Source of the DNA: Podospora anserina
Lineage: Eukaryota
DNA: 64,000 nt
Reading direction: 5' to 3'
NCBI GenBank assembly: GCA_017654855.1
Contig: CM030336.1
Span: forward strand, 682,001 to 746,000
Position 1 is the stretch's first letter, and each line of letters begins with the position of its first letter. This document shows positions 12,696 through 22,725 of this stretch, piece by piece. Position numbers and translations under genes: made by a program. The notes beneath the pieces are model-generated. The model searched no databases and was not told where the DNA came from. It saw only the letters and a list, made by a program, of their open reading frames with translations.

Positions 12696-15600
12696 TTATA
12701 ACACATTATGATGTCCAACCTTCCCATTGAAATCAAATCGAAAAAGCCCAACCTGGCCAGAAGCACATCCTAGGGCGATGGTACAATTGTGTACTGCTGT
12801 ACATGTTGGCCGATAGTTAGGAGGAAGCCAGATAAGGTTCTTCCCATATCGTGTAATCCACTTATTACCGACAAAGAGAAAACCGTTGCCCGGTTTTTGG
12901 TCGGTAAAGTTATTTGCTGAACTCGGGGTTATCCTCAGCAATCCTCGATCTGTTTCAAGGTTGTCATTATCCAAAAACGATAGACCATTAACAATGCTAT
13001 GCCCCTCGAGGGTCCGCCAGTGCTCGCCGGTAGCCACATCCCAGAGCCGTACCGTGTTATCACGTGAAGCTGACGCTAGTGTGGCACCATCCGGCGAGAA
13101 CGCTACCGCTGTAACAAACCCGCTGTGCCCCTCGAGGGTCCGCCGGTACTGGCCGGTAGCCACATCCCAAAGCCGTACCGTGTTATCGCCTGAACCTGAC
13201 GCCAGTGTGGCACCATCCGGCGAGAACGCTACCGCTGTAACCCATCTGCCATGCCCCTCGAGGGTCCGCCGGTGCTCGCCGGTAGCCACATCCCAGAGCC
13301 GTACCGTGCCATCGCCTGGACCTAACGCCAGTGTGGCACCATCCGGCGAGAACGCTACCGCTGTAACCTCACTGCCATGCCCCTCGAGGGTCCGCCGGTG
13401 CTCGCCGGTAGCCACATCCCAAAGCCGTACCGTGTTATCGCCTGAACCTGACGCCAGTGTGGCACCATCCGGCGAGAACGCTACCGCTGTAACAAAACTG
13501 CCATGCCCCTCGAGGGTCCGCCGGTGCTCGCCGGTCGCCATATCCCAGAGCCGTACCGTGCCATCGTATGAACCTGACGCCAGTGTGGCACCATCCGGCG
13601 AGAACGCTACCGCTGTAACCTCACTGCCATGCCCCTCGAGGGTCCGCCGGTGCTCGCCGGTAGCCACATCCCAGAGCCGTACCGTGCCATCGCCTGGACC
13701 TAACGCCAGTGTGGCACCATCCGGCGAGAACGCTACCGCTGTAACAAAACTGCCATGCCCCTCGAGGGTCCGCCGGTGCTCGCCGGTAGCCACATCCCAA
13801 AGCCGTACCGTGTTATCGCCTGAACCTGACGCCAGTGTGGCACCATCCGGCGAGAACGCTACCGCTGTAACCCATCTGCCATGCCCCTCGAGGGTCCGCC
13901 GGTGCTCGCCGGTCGCCACATCCCAAAGCCGTACCGTGTTATCGCCTGAACCTGACGCCAGTGTGGCACCATCCGGCGAGAACGCTACCGCTGTAACCTC
14001 ACTGCCATGCCCCTCGAGGGTCCGCCGGTGCTCGCCGGTAGCCACATCCCAAAGCCGTACCGTGTTATCGTCTGAACTTGACGCCAGTGTGGCACCATCC
14101 GGCGAGAACGCTACCGCTGTAACCTCACTGCCATGCCCCTCGAGGGTCCGCCGGTGCTCGCCGGTCGCCATATCCCAGAGCCGTACCGTGCCATCGTATG
14201 AACCTGACGCCAGTGTGGCACCATCCGGCGAGAACGCTACCGCTGTAACAAAACTGCCATGCCCCTCGAGGGTCCGCCGGTGCTCGCCGGTAGCCACATC
14301 CCAAAGCCGTACCGTGTTATCGCCTGAACCTGACGCCAGTGTGGCACCATCCGGCGAGAACGCTACCGCTGTAACCCATCTGCCATGCCCCTCGAGGGTC
14401 TGCAGACACGCGTTCCACTCTAAGTCAACCATTGGCAGTACTGGGATCCATTCAGGAATATAACCACAGAATATTCCCCTGATTATACTTTTCATTGGCG
14501 CAAAAATAATTGCGGAAGTATAAGTCTGAAGGGGACAAATGTCGATAATCTGGCGGAAGCTAAGAATAAATCGTACTGCATCGTGTAAAAACGCGGAGAT
14601 CGTGGAACTATTACCGGGCTATATATTTCGTGTTAGCGAATATTTATAAATCTACCTTTGTACGTCTTACACTAAGGAGACCCTGTAAATCCCTAATCAT
14701 TCCAACACTTGTAGATAGTCTCCCAAGGAGACTTAGCGCTTCCAGCCAGTGGAGGAAATGACGTTCGAGGAAGGTGTATACTTGATGGTTATCGCTTATA
14801 CGAGAACTGCTTTGCTGAAAGTGATAGACCCAATATAGGCACGCATACCGGACATCTGATGGCAAACATGAGTCGATGACTGACGACTCAATATCGGCAC
14901 GAGCTGTTCCAGGCATTCCCAGATCGCAGATGTCCTTCTTCAAGTAATGAGAAAGAAGCTCCAAGCATCTACTCGCAATTTTTCCGTGGGTTGCACCCCT
15001 GTCTATCCAGAACGAGTTGGTGCCCTGTTTGTTGGGATCAACGAGAAAGTCATGGAATGACAAATGAAACATCCTAACCGGGGATGTAGGAGAGACCGGT
15101 ACGCTAAGGACGGAGTGAAGTGTTTCAAGTCTGCGAATAACGACCTTCTCTTGTATATCAAGAAGTCGGGCTAAAGAGCATATCGGGAGAGGTTCGGCTA
15201 AGAGCACAATTGGGCCCACGACCATCCGGAATTCATCAAGAAGGGATCTGTTAGATACTTCGGAACCGACAAGCAGCCGATCAAGGACTGGGCGATATGT
15301 TTTGTCTAGGTTGTCGATCTCGGATTGCTGTGTTCCTGACTGATATTCCAGGATCTTTGCTAATTGATCACCGGGATCACACCATGCTGGGTCCCGGATA
15401 AAACGGCAAACAGTAGCTGCAAAGATAAAGAGGGGAACGGCCATCTTGACCAAGTCTTGGACAATCTGGGGACCAGGCCAATCGTGCGGAAGCTGCCGCC
15501 CACCAGGAGACAGATCATTATAGTCGTTTCGGATTTTTGCAAGCTCAGAGTCCAGATATGCAGCGATGTCGTGCTCGATAATTGACTCTGGGATTTCATG

Positions 15601-17309
15601 CAAGACGAGATCCTGGTATTTTCCCTTAATCTTATTGAAGCCAAGTCGGACTGGCAACTCAGGTCGGCTTGTGAGGAAAGCTCTTAGCCGTACTGAACTC
15701 AGACTCTTTGCTTGTGACAACAGGGAAATGATATCCCTGATATCATCGTCCTGTTCGCACTCATCAAGGGCATCAATCACCAGGACAATTGTCTTGATGT
15801 CGTCCAAACTGCCTCTTTGGTTTTCCAACGGCTTTAGGATCAGCTTCTCAAACTGCTTACTCGGCAGTTTGTTGCAGATGAAAGGGTCAGCCTCAATAGC
15901 AGCCTTGATATACGATGCCAAACTAGGCTCTTTGACAACAAGCTGAGCCGCAATGGTTGTAAACAGCAAGACGGCCTTGCTCCGGTCTCTCTCGCCTCTC
16001 TTAAAGAAGAAGCTGGCACCGAGAAGATTTTGGTCCGCAAACGATTGCGCGACTGTGCGTGATATGGTGGACTTCCCAGTTCCTGCCATGCCGTTTAGCC
16101 AGAAGATGCATTCGCCCTGCGGATCGTCCGCCCATGCCATTATGTCCCGCTGGAGGCCAACTCGGGTATCAGGGTGACATCGCGCATCGTGCTCGTCCGT
16201 GTGGGAGTCAAAGGCAGCACCGTTCGCAATGGTGAGCTTGTCAAGGATGGCATCGCGGATCGTCTGCGAATTCGAGCGTATCTCGTCAAGCACACCACTA
16301 CTGATGGTTAGAAACCTTAGAACTTGGAGTTGGGGGGTAGAACATACGTCATCTTCCCGTTAATCCACTGTTTAAGATCGTCAATGGAGTTATATCCCTC
16401 CGGCGGAATCTCAAGCGCTTCCAGAAGACCGTGTGGGGAGACGGGGGTGTCAAAAGACGCCCTTTTCGTCAAACTCTCCCTGAACCTAGTGCCATCTCTT
16501 GCAATTTCTTCGGTTGCCGTTGCCAACTCAGCTCTACCCCCAATCTTATTTGCGCGCTTCTTCAGTTTATCCTCCATGTAAGCCAAGCAGAGCGCATAAC
16601 AAAGAGCGTTGCCATGCGCCATATCTATCACGATCTCATCCTGGCGAGTAAGAGATGAACCCTTATACAAGAGCGGGTGTGCAAGCTTGTTGTAAAGATC
16701 TTCCGCGATAGTCGTGACTTGTATCTCGAACATCACGTCGCAGAACTGAGAAAGGGCTCCGCATTTCGCTTTTTCCAAGCTGACGCGATAGTTGCGAGTC
16801 TCGTAGGCACCGAACCGTGTTTTCCAGGACCGGCCAACCTCACGGTCACGGACGAAAATAACCGGCTCCTCTTCCTTCCGAAAACTTTCGTTGATGAAGC
16901 AATCGGCTTCCTCCATATCGTCAGCAAATTCGAGGATGATCCTGAGTCCGACAAGATCATGAATGTTACTGAATATGTCAGAGAAGCTCTCGAATTGCTT
17001 TTGGCTGCGATCCAAGAGCGCTTTCTCCCGCCGATCGAGTGACTTTCTGATTGAATCGACCTGCTTAGTTCTGCTTTTGACTTGGCAGTCAATAGCTCTG
17101 CACTCGAGAGCACTTTTGCAAAATTCCTCCAGTCTCTCCCTCATAGCGTCGTACTCATTTAGCAATTTAGGCCAGACGTCGTTGACGAAAGCGCTTTTAG
17201 GATCTGGGCTAACAGGCCCCTCGGTCATTTGATTGATTTTCACCCGCAGTGATTGATTTGGAGCATCACCGTCGCCCGCTTGAGGCGGAGCTTGCGAATG
17301 TACATCCAT
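12696..17309 (-). CDS. NLR: N-terminal RelA/SpoT-type nucleotidyltransferase + NACHT + WD40 repeats (about 1504 aa, 3 exons)
   Basis: Exons 17309-16348, 16300-14671 and 14618-12696 are joined by GT..CTAAC..AG introns and sum to 4515 nt, which keeps frame. RelA/SpoT motifs: SRTKQVDSI, IHDLVGLRII, GAYETRNY, FEIQVTT, LAHPLLYKG. Walker A GMAGTGKST, Walker B LVIDALDEC. Confidence 0.9.
13014..14399 (-). repeat. 11 tandem 126-bp WD40 repeats with high internal conservation
   Basis: Unit TLEGHGxxVTAVAFSPDGATLAxxxxDxTVRLWDVATGEHRR, nearly identical at the DNA level. Confidence 0.97.
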
Positions 17310-17930
17310 GGTATGCTGGCGGCGTAGTGTTCTACCAATCGACCAAATGAAGTGCTGATCGTGGAGGTGATGGGGCCTTGTCTCAAAGGTTGACGGACTC
17401 GTAGGTAGGCAGTACAGAAGTTGGATAAGGGAGATAATTAGCAGCCAAAGGCTCCTGGAGCGACGACAAGGAGCCAGGCAGCTGTTCCGCCATTGCATTG
17501 GGCATCCAGCTAATGCTGCAATTCCTGCAGCTACCTGTGTCTATCGGCCTACATGAGCGAATCACACCGTGCCACATGACGAAGATAAGGTCTGTGCTGG
17601 GTTTGAATCATGCCGTGCTACGCGACGCACATAGACGGCCTGCAACGAGGCACTTTGCAAGGCAGCCCAGGGCGGAAGGCTTACTGCGCCACAACCTCAA
17701 GCTGCACGTGATATTAGCGACATGCATATCGCACTACATAAGGCAGTCGAACAAGGTGCATTAATCTCAATCGTTGGACACTGAGAGTTCTTAACAGAAC
17801 TGCAATCTGAGGTTTGGAGACTTCCACGCTTATGAACTTGTACGGGGATTTACAAACCTCAAGCTGATTCTTACACACACTTCTTCCCTCTCCTTCAGAT
17901 CGCTATCCTTATAAAGGTTGGACGAGGAGG

Positions 17931-19418
17931 ATGAACTACGAAAAAGGATCATACAGAGATTTTGTCCAATCTCGATGTCAAACCAACCCTTGCGTCACTG
18001 GATTAGCCGACTATTTGAGATGTGGGCCTGGAGCTGCAAGTACCATCGTTACTCTCGACTACTCCCGGAATGGACAATCGGTACTGAATCCTCTAACGGT
18101 AGCCGAGGTTGATCTGGCCAGACTGATGGGCGCCACCTCTACAACCGCTGGCCGGATTGTGCTCGTCGAGAACATCCAACCCCATCTAGTCAGTTTTCTC
18201 GGCGAGATTTTTGATGTGGATCCAATCTTCTTTGCCGGCCACGTCACCACCGACTTCAAAGACATCGAGAGAGCACCGCCTCCTCCTTCACTTGCGTTGT
18301 TTCCATCCCAGATTGCTGAAAATGGCTATCTCCATCTCCACTATCAGCAGGTATTGGACCTGGGAAGCGCAGACGCGTTCACATCTTCGTACAGTCTGAA
18401 ATCGGACTCCAACGTTCCTCGAAATGTCAGACGCCTACCGCATCTATCAGGCCGACAGCTTGCTTTGGCTCGAGCGTGCTGTTCTATTCTAGTGAAAAAG
18501 ATCAAAGGCATATGGATTTGTAAGTCTTGCTCAGATATTCGGTGCATCTTGACGGCATCTCTAACAGTAGTAGGCCTAATCCTGGTGGATCCCCCTGTAA
18601 ATATGGTTCTTGAGACGTTGGGGTTAGGCGGCCGAAAGTCACATCCAAGTATGATGTTGCATGGAGGATTCGAGGAATTTGAGCAACCGACGTCTTTCGC
18701 GTCTTTCGGATCTACCACGAGCGATCGTTTACCAGATAAGAAGTCGATGCTCAGCAACCTGCTCCGCTACTTCCGCCACCAACCACCTGGGTTCATGATA
18801 GCCGAGCCTAGCATCTTGAGCCTCGGCTACTACCCGATACGCATAGTCTTAGCTGAGTGGATTCTTTACAAGCTCCTGATGAGTCGTTACTTGAAATATT
18901 ATGAATATACTCTGCACGACATCGAGAATCGACTGCACGATAGCGACATTATCGACCTTCAACGTTGGCGGCGGCGGAGCATGCAAAGCCGACACAAACT
19001 AATTCTTCTCTCTGAGTTCATCGATTATTGGTTACAACAGGAATCCAACAAGCAGCCGTGGGATTTTATACTGAAAGATATCAAGCATGTATCGTCACAG
19101 CTAGAGCTTTACAGCCGCTCGCTCGAGCATATGGTCCCAGTAGCAACATCGATGGTACAGCTGCTCGACTCGCGGCGGTCGATACAAGAGGCTGCCAACG
19201 TTAGCCGGCTCACTTTTATTGCGCTGGTGTTTGTGCCGCTGTCTTGGGTCGCCAGCCTTTTCAGCATGTCAGAAGATTACTCTCCAGGACACAAGAGCTT
19301 TTGGGTATATTTTGCTACTGCACTGCCAGTTATGATTCTAGTCTTGCTTTTATCAACTGTGCAATGGGATCGACTAGAGGGAAAACTGGACAGGATTTGG
19401 GTAGTTTTACGACGGTAA
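17931..19418 (+). CDS. CorA-like membrane protein (C-terminal two-TM hairpin)
   Basis: A coiled segment is followed by SIQEAANVSRLTFIALVFVPLSWVASLFSMS..FWVYFATALPV, which resembles the CorA TM1-loop-TM2 with GMN replaced by SMS. Probable in-frame intron from 18520 to about 18573. Confidence 0.8.
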   Translation: MNYEKGSYRDFVQSRCQTNPCVTGLADYLRCGPGAASTIVTLDYSRNGQSVLNPLTVAEVDLARLMGATSTTAGRIVLVENIQPHLVSFLGEIFDVDPIFFAGHVTTDFKDIERAPPPPSLALFPSQIAENGYLHLHYQQVLDLGSADAFTSSYSLKSDSNVPRNVRRLPHLSGRQLALARACCSILVKKIKGIWICKSCSDIRCILTASLTVVGLILVDPPVNMVLETLGLGGRKSHPSMMLHGGFEEFEQPTSFASFGSTTSDRLPDKKSMLSNLLRYFRHQPPGFMIAEPSILSLGYYPIRIVLAEWILYKLLMSRYLKYYEYTLHDIENRLHDSDIIDLQRWRRRSMQSRHKLILLSEFIDYWLQQESNKQPWDFILKDIKHVSSQLELYSRSLEHMVPVATSMVQLLDSRRSIQEAANVSRLTFIALVFVPLSWVASLFSMSEDYSPGHKSFWVYFATALPVMILVLLLSTVQWDRLEGKLDRIWVVLRR

Positions 19419-19737
19419 ATGGGAAGACGAAGGACTGAGGCAGTGTTAGCGTAGCTATACAAAATGTAACAATTGTGCTATAATCTACACGTTGCCTTGC
19501 GTTTTCCATTAGCTTTCCAGAGAGTTAATGTGAGTCTTAATGGATCACAGTTCCCGGCCGTACATTCGCTTTGAAATACAAAAATATAAACATCACGGCA
19601 CCGGCCGGTATTTTCGAAATTCCACCGGTACTGCCTTTTTTTTACCTTTCTCTACGTTATTATAATAGGCGTATTTATTAACCTTTAATATTTATACTAA
19701 CATTATTAACTTTACTTTTTCGATTTTACCATCTATA

Positions 19738-20141
19738 TCTCACGCTTTTGGAAGACAGTGGGGACACAAGGAACCAATCAGGGCTGGACCGGGCGATCGA
19801 GCGGGGCTCGCGGTGGTGGACAAACGGACCAGTAAGATGGGGACCGGGGACCGCGGCGGGGCTCACGGTCCACGGTCCAGTATCGGCCAATCAAGAGGGG
19901 ACCGAGGACCGTCTGTAAGTCAACGGTCCACGGTCCCCTGATCTATATATACGGAGGAACTGGCTGGTGTAGATAGACAGTTCCGCAGTATGCAATTTCA
20001 AGTCACAATCGTTGATATCTAGACTGTTGTGATTGAGACAAGTCATTTGCTGTACACTGTTTAGCTGTACCGAACCAGGATTGTTCAGAAGTGCCTTCAA
20101 CCAGTATCCCTTTCAGAGGTTCTGGATAGGGGTTCGTCACA
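19738..20141 (+). mobile_element. Solo or recombined LTR, crapaud-like (about 404 bp)
   Basis: The 3' half (TATATATACGGAGGAAC...GGGGTTCGTCACA) matches 11720-11909 and the 5' half differs. Start is degenerate (TCTCACG) and no TSD is visible. Confidence 0.8.
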
Positions 20142-20247
20142 CCCTGATTATATCCTGATTAGCTACTTCCTATCTAATCTAACGATTAGCTAAGCGAGCC
20201 CTGCGCCGCTCACACTGTTTGACCTACTTGTTGGCTTAACTGTGACA
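20142..20247 (-). mobile_element. Truncated LTR 5' fragment in opposite orientation
   Basis: The reverse complement begins TGTCACAGTTAAGCCAACA, identical to the start of the LTR at 11501. Confidence 0.8.
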
Positions 20248-20455
20248 CACGCGTAAGGAGAAAACGGAAGTTATAATTAATTTTAGTTACGGTAAGTATA
20301 GCCGAACCGTCCTTAGGCATACTTTAGCTTAGGGTAATGCTTACTACGCTCACCTTTTGCTCACCTTCTGAGACTAATACGGACAGAGCCCCAAGATATT
20401 GTCGGGTGTGACTATATAGGTAAATGTACTCTCGGAAAGTCTGACGAGAAGCTAG

Positions 20456-21200
20456 ATGATGATGATGATGATGATGACTGGCTTGTATCGAGGATGAAGG
20501 GTCTTTTGACTTCAGACAGGTACTCCGATATGACCATCTCCTGTGGCACCCAAAGCTGGAAGGTGCACCAAGCAATCGTCTGTCCCGCTTGTCCGCTGTT
20601 TGAAAAGGCGTTGTCTGGAGACTGGAAGGTAATTTGTAGAAGTTGTGAAGGGTGTTGTTGAAGCTTCTGACAATAGCTGCTCCACGCTTCTCACAAAGGA
20701 CCAATTACTCCATGGTTTTGATCAGACCGATCTGTCCACTGCTTTCACGACTCCCGACACCAGTGAGCGTCTCACGAGTTCGGGTTATCCTAATCGTGGA
20801 CTTTCCCCGGACCGTATCAGAGAGGGCCTTTGGATCTCACCGCAGATGTATATCCTGTGTGGAATCCAAAGGCTTTGTACCTTTGCCGCAGTCCGCTTTC
20901 ATGAGTTCGGCTCTCTTCTCTCTCACCCAGACTGAGGGTCAGATAGACACCAAAGGATGGAACATTCATCTAAATTTGTCCAATGGGTTGGAAAGATACT
21001 AATTTCGACGATCGATTCACTTTATTCAACTCTGTCGCGCATCTCGAGAGAGAAAAGGGCATACTTCACAGAAAGCTATGTCACCATTTGATGCGGTATG
21101 CAAGGGTTGAGGAGTATAGGGCGCAAATAGTTCTCATGGTGCAAAAGCATAACGAGTTCGCCTAAGATATTCGGAACATCTATCACCAACTGCACTTGGC
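20456..21200 (+). pseudogene. BTB/POZ-domain gene remnant
   Basis: LLTSDRYSDMTISCGTQSWKVHQAIVCPACPLFEKALSGDWK followed by a GTAATT donor. Downstream frames are broken and end HNEFA*. A (GAT)n run encodes poly-Asp. Confidence 0.6.
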
Positions 21201-21795
21201 GGCCCTGATGACCTTGACCACCACTTGTTGCCAAGTGTTGAGCGCGTGGATTACCTCGTTCACAATCCGGAGCTTCCGGGGATTTACATGTAGCATGAGG
21301 GGTTTGATAGACTCTTTAATAAAATAAAATGGGTTACCAATCGTCCTATTCCGGCCTTGGTCAGAGTGAATGCTTTGTCCCTTTCTCTCCAAAAACTGGG
21401 ATCAGCCCATGGTTGTTGTCAACATTTGATGTCGAGAGAAGAGCCAGATGCCTAACCACAGCAACAACAACTGAGATAAACTCCAGCCTAACATGAGTTA
21501 GCAATGCCTCACCTCCGAGCGTCTAGACAGAATATAGCAACCTACCAGGAAAGCGATTGGATGTCTAGAATACGAAAGGCCACGCCGCTATCCACCAAGG
21601 TTGATTTTGGGTCCAAGCCATGGCTTTGATGGTGCACCTATGTTGCGGATCCCATATGCACCTGTCGTTCGAGTGGTGAGCTTGAGAACGTGACCGGATC
21701 CAGATGGCCGAAACGTAAACATACCAATGCGATCGCCGAAGCTTTTGGTGACCCTTTATGTACCCTTCCACGTTGGTTCATCACTCTGTGATTCT

Positions 21796-22326
21796 CTAGT
21801 TCTCTCCCTTGCTCTTCACGGCGGCCACTGTGAAGGCGTATTGTCCCCACGGATCGTAAGCAGCTGAAGCGTTGGACTCGCCGGCGCAGTCAACATTGGT
21901 CTTGCAGTCGCTATCCTGCTCTCCAGTACCTTGCTCCTTGTCGCTGTCCAAGAGCGGCTTGAAAAGGGCGATCTCTCTATCGGTGGCGTAATGATGCCAG
22001 GGATCAAAGGTAGGATCGTTGGTGAAGTGGACAGTAACCTTGGCTTTGTACGACTCTGGCGAAGGCCGTTTGTCGGCCGGTTGGTGGCGGAGGTCAATGT
22101 TCAGCACGGCCTCCTCCATCAGATCCTCTTCGGTGAAGGTTGTGTCGCCGCAGTAGAAGCACTCGGAAGGCTTGAGATAGTGGTAGGTTGTGCCTCTCTT
22201 CTTGGGGCCGCGGCACTCGTCCCAGTTCTTGTGCTGCTTGTTGCAAGGCTTGAGGTCGATCTCCTGCGAGTCGATGGCAGCGCTGCAGTCCTTGCAGGCG
22301 TAGTGACAGAGGGTGAAGGTGCACAT
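21796..22326 (-). CDS. Small hypothetical protein with Cys-rich N-terminus (176 aa)
   Basis: MCTFTLCHYACKDC...KPC...DEC...ECFYC; coding-like GC3 bias; start taken at the second ATG of ORF 21796-22479. Confidence 0.6.
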   Translation of the reverse strand: MCTFTLCHYACKDCSAAIDSQEIDLKPCNKQHKNWDECRGPKKRGTTYHYLKPSECFYCGDTTFTEEDLMEEAVLNIDLRHQPADKRPSPESYKAKVTVHFTNDPTFDPWHHYATDREIALFKPLLDSDKEQGTGEQDSDCKTNVDCAGESNASAAYDPWGQYAFTVAAVKSKGEN

Positions 22327-22725
22327 CTTGGCGGTAGGAGTGACGGATTGGTATGTAAGTTGGGTGAAGGCGAGACGAAGAAAACAATCCTCTTGTGGCG
22401 TTTGTGAACAAAAGAAGTACAGAGTCGAGGGACAACGAAAGAGATTGCTATTTATGGCATCATCTAGCGGCCCTGGCACTCTATCCTGCAGCGGGGCTTA
22501 ATTCACCTTTGTTCACCTGGTCTATTGTGATTGAAGACAATGGCTTTGTCGCACCGGACGGCCAATTGGAATTGGCAGTATATAAGTTGCTCCCAATCCC
22601 TGACCCTGTAACGGACCGACATTCATACATTATACACTTCACTGAATCTATCTGATCAATCACAGAGCAACCTTAATCAGTCACAGGTCATCTAGTTCAG
22701 ATAACAGTGAGTCATCTCGGTCAAA

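Noticed and set aside
13014-14399. CRISPR-like or other non-coding repeat array
   Set aside because: Units are contiguous coding 42-aa WD40 repeats with no unique spacers, in a eukaryotic gene.
12886-14463. 525-aa repetitive ORF on the + strand
   Set aside because: Antisense shadow of the WD40 repeats; a stop-free 126-bp unit explains its length.
14644-17498. RelA/SpoT ORF and NACHT ORF as separate genes
   Set aside because: A canonical intron (16301-16347) joins them in frame.
11501-20141. Full-length LTR retrotransposon carrying the NLR and CorA-like genes
   Set aside because: The left LTR has its own GCGGG TSD, the 5' halves of the two LTRs differ, and no gag/pol is present.
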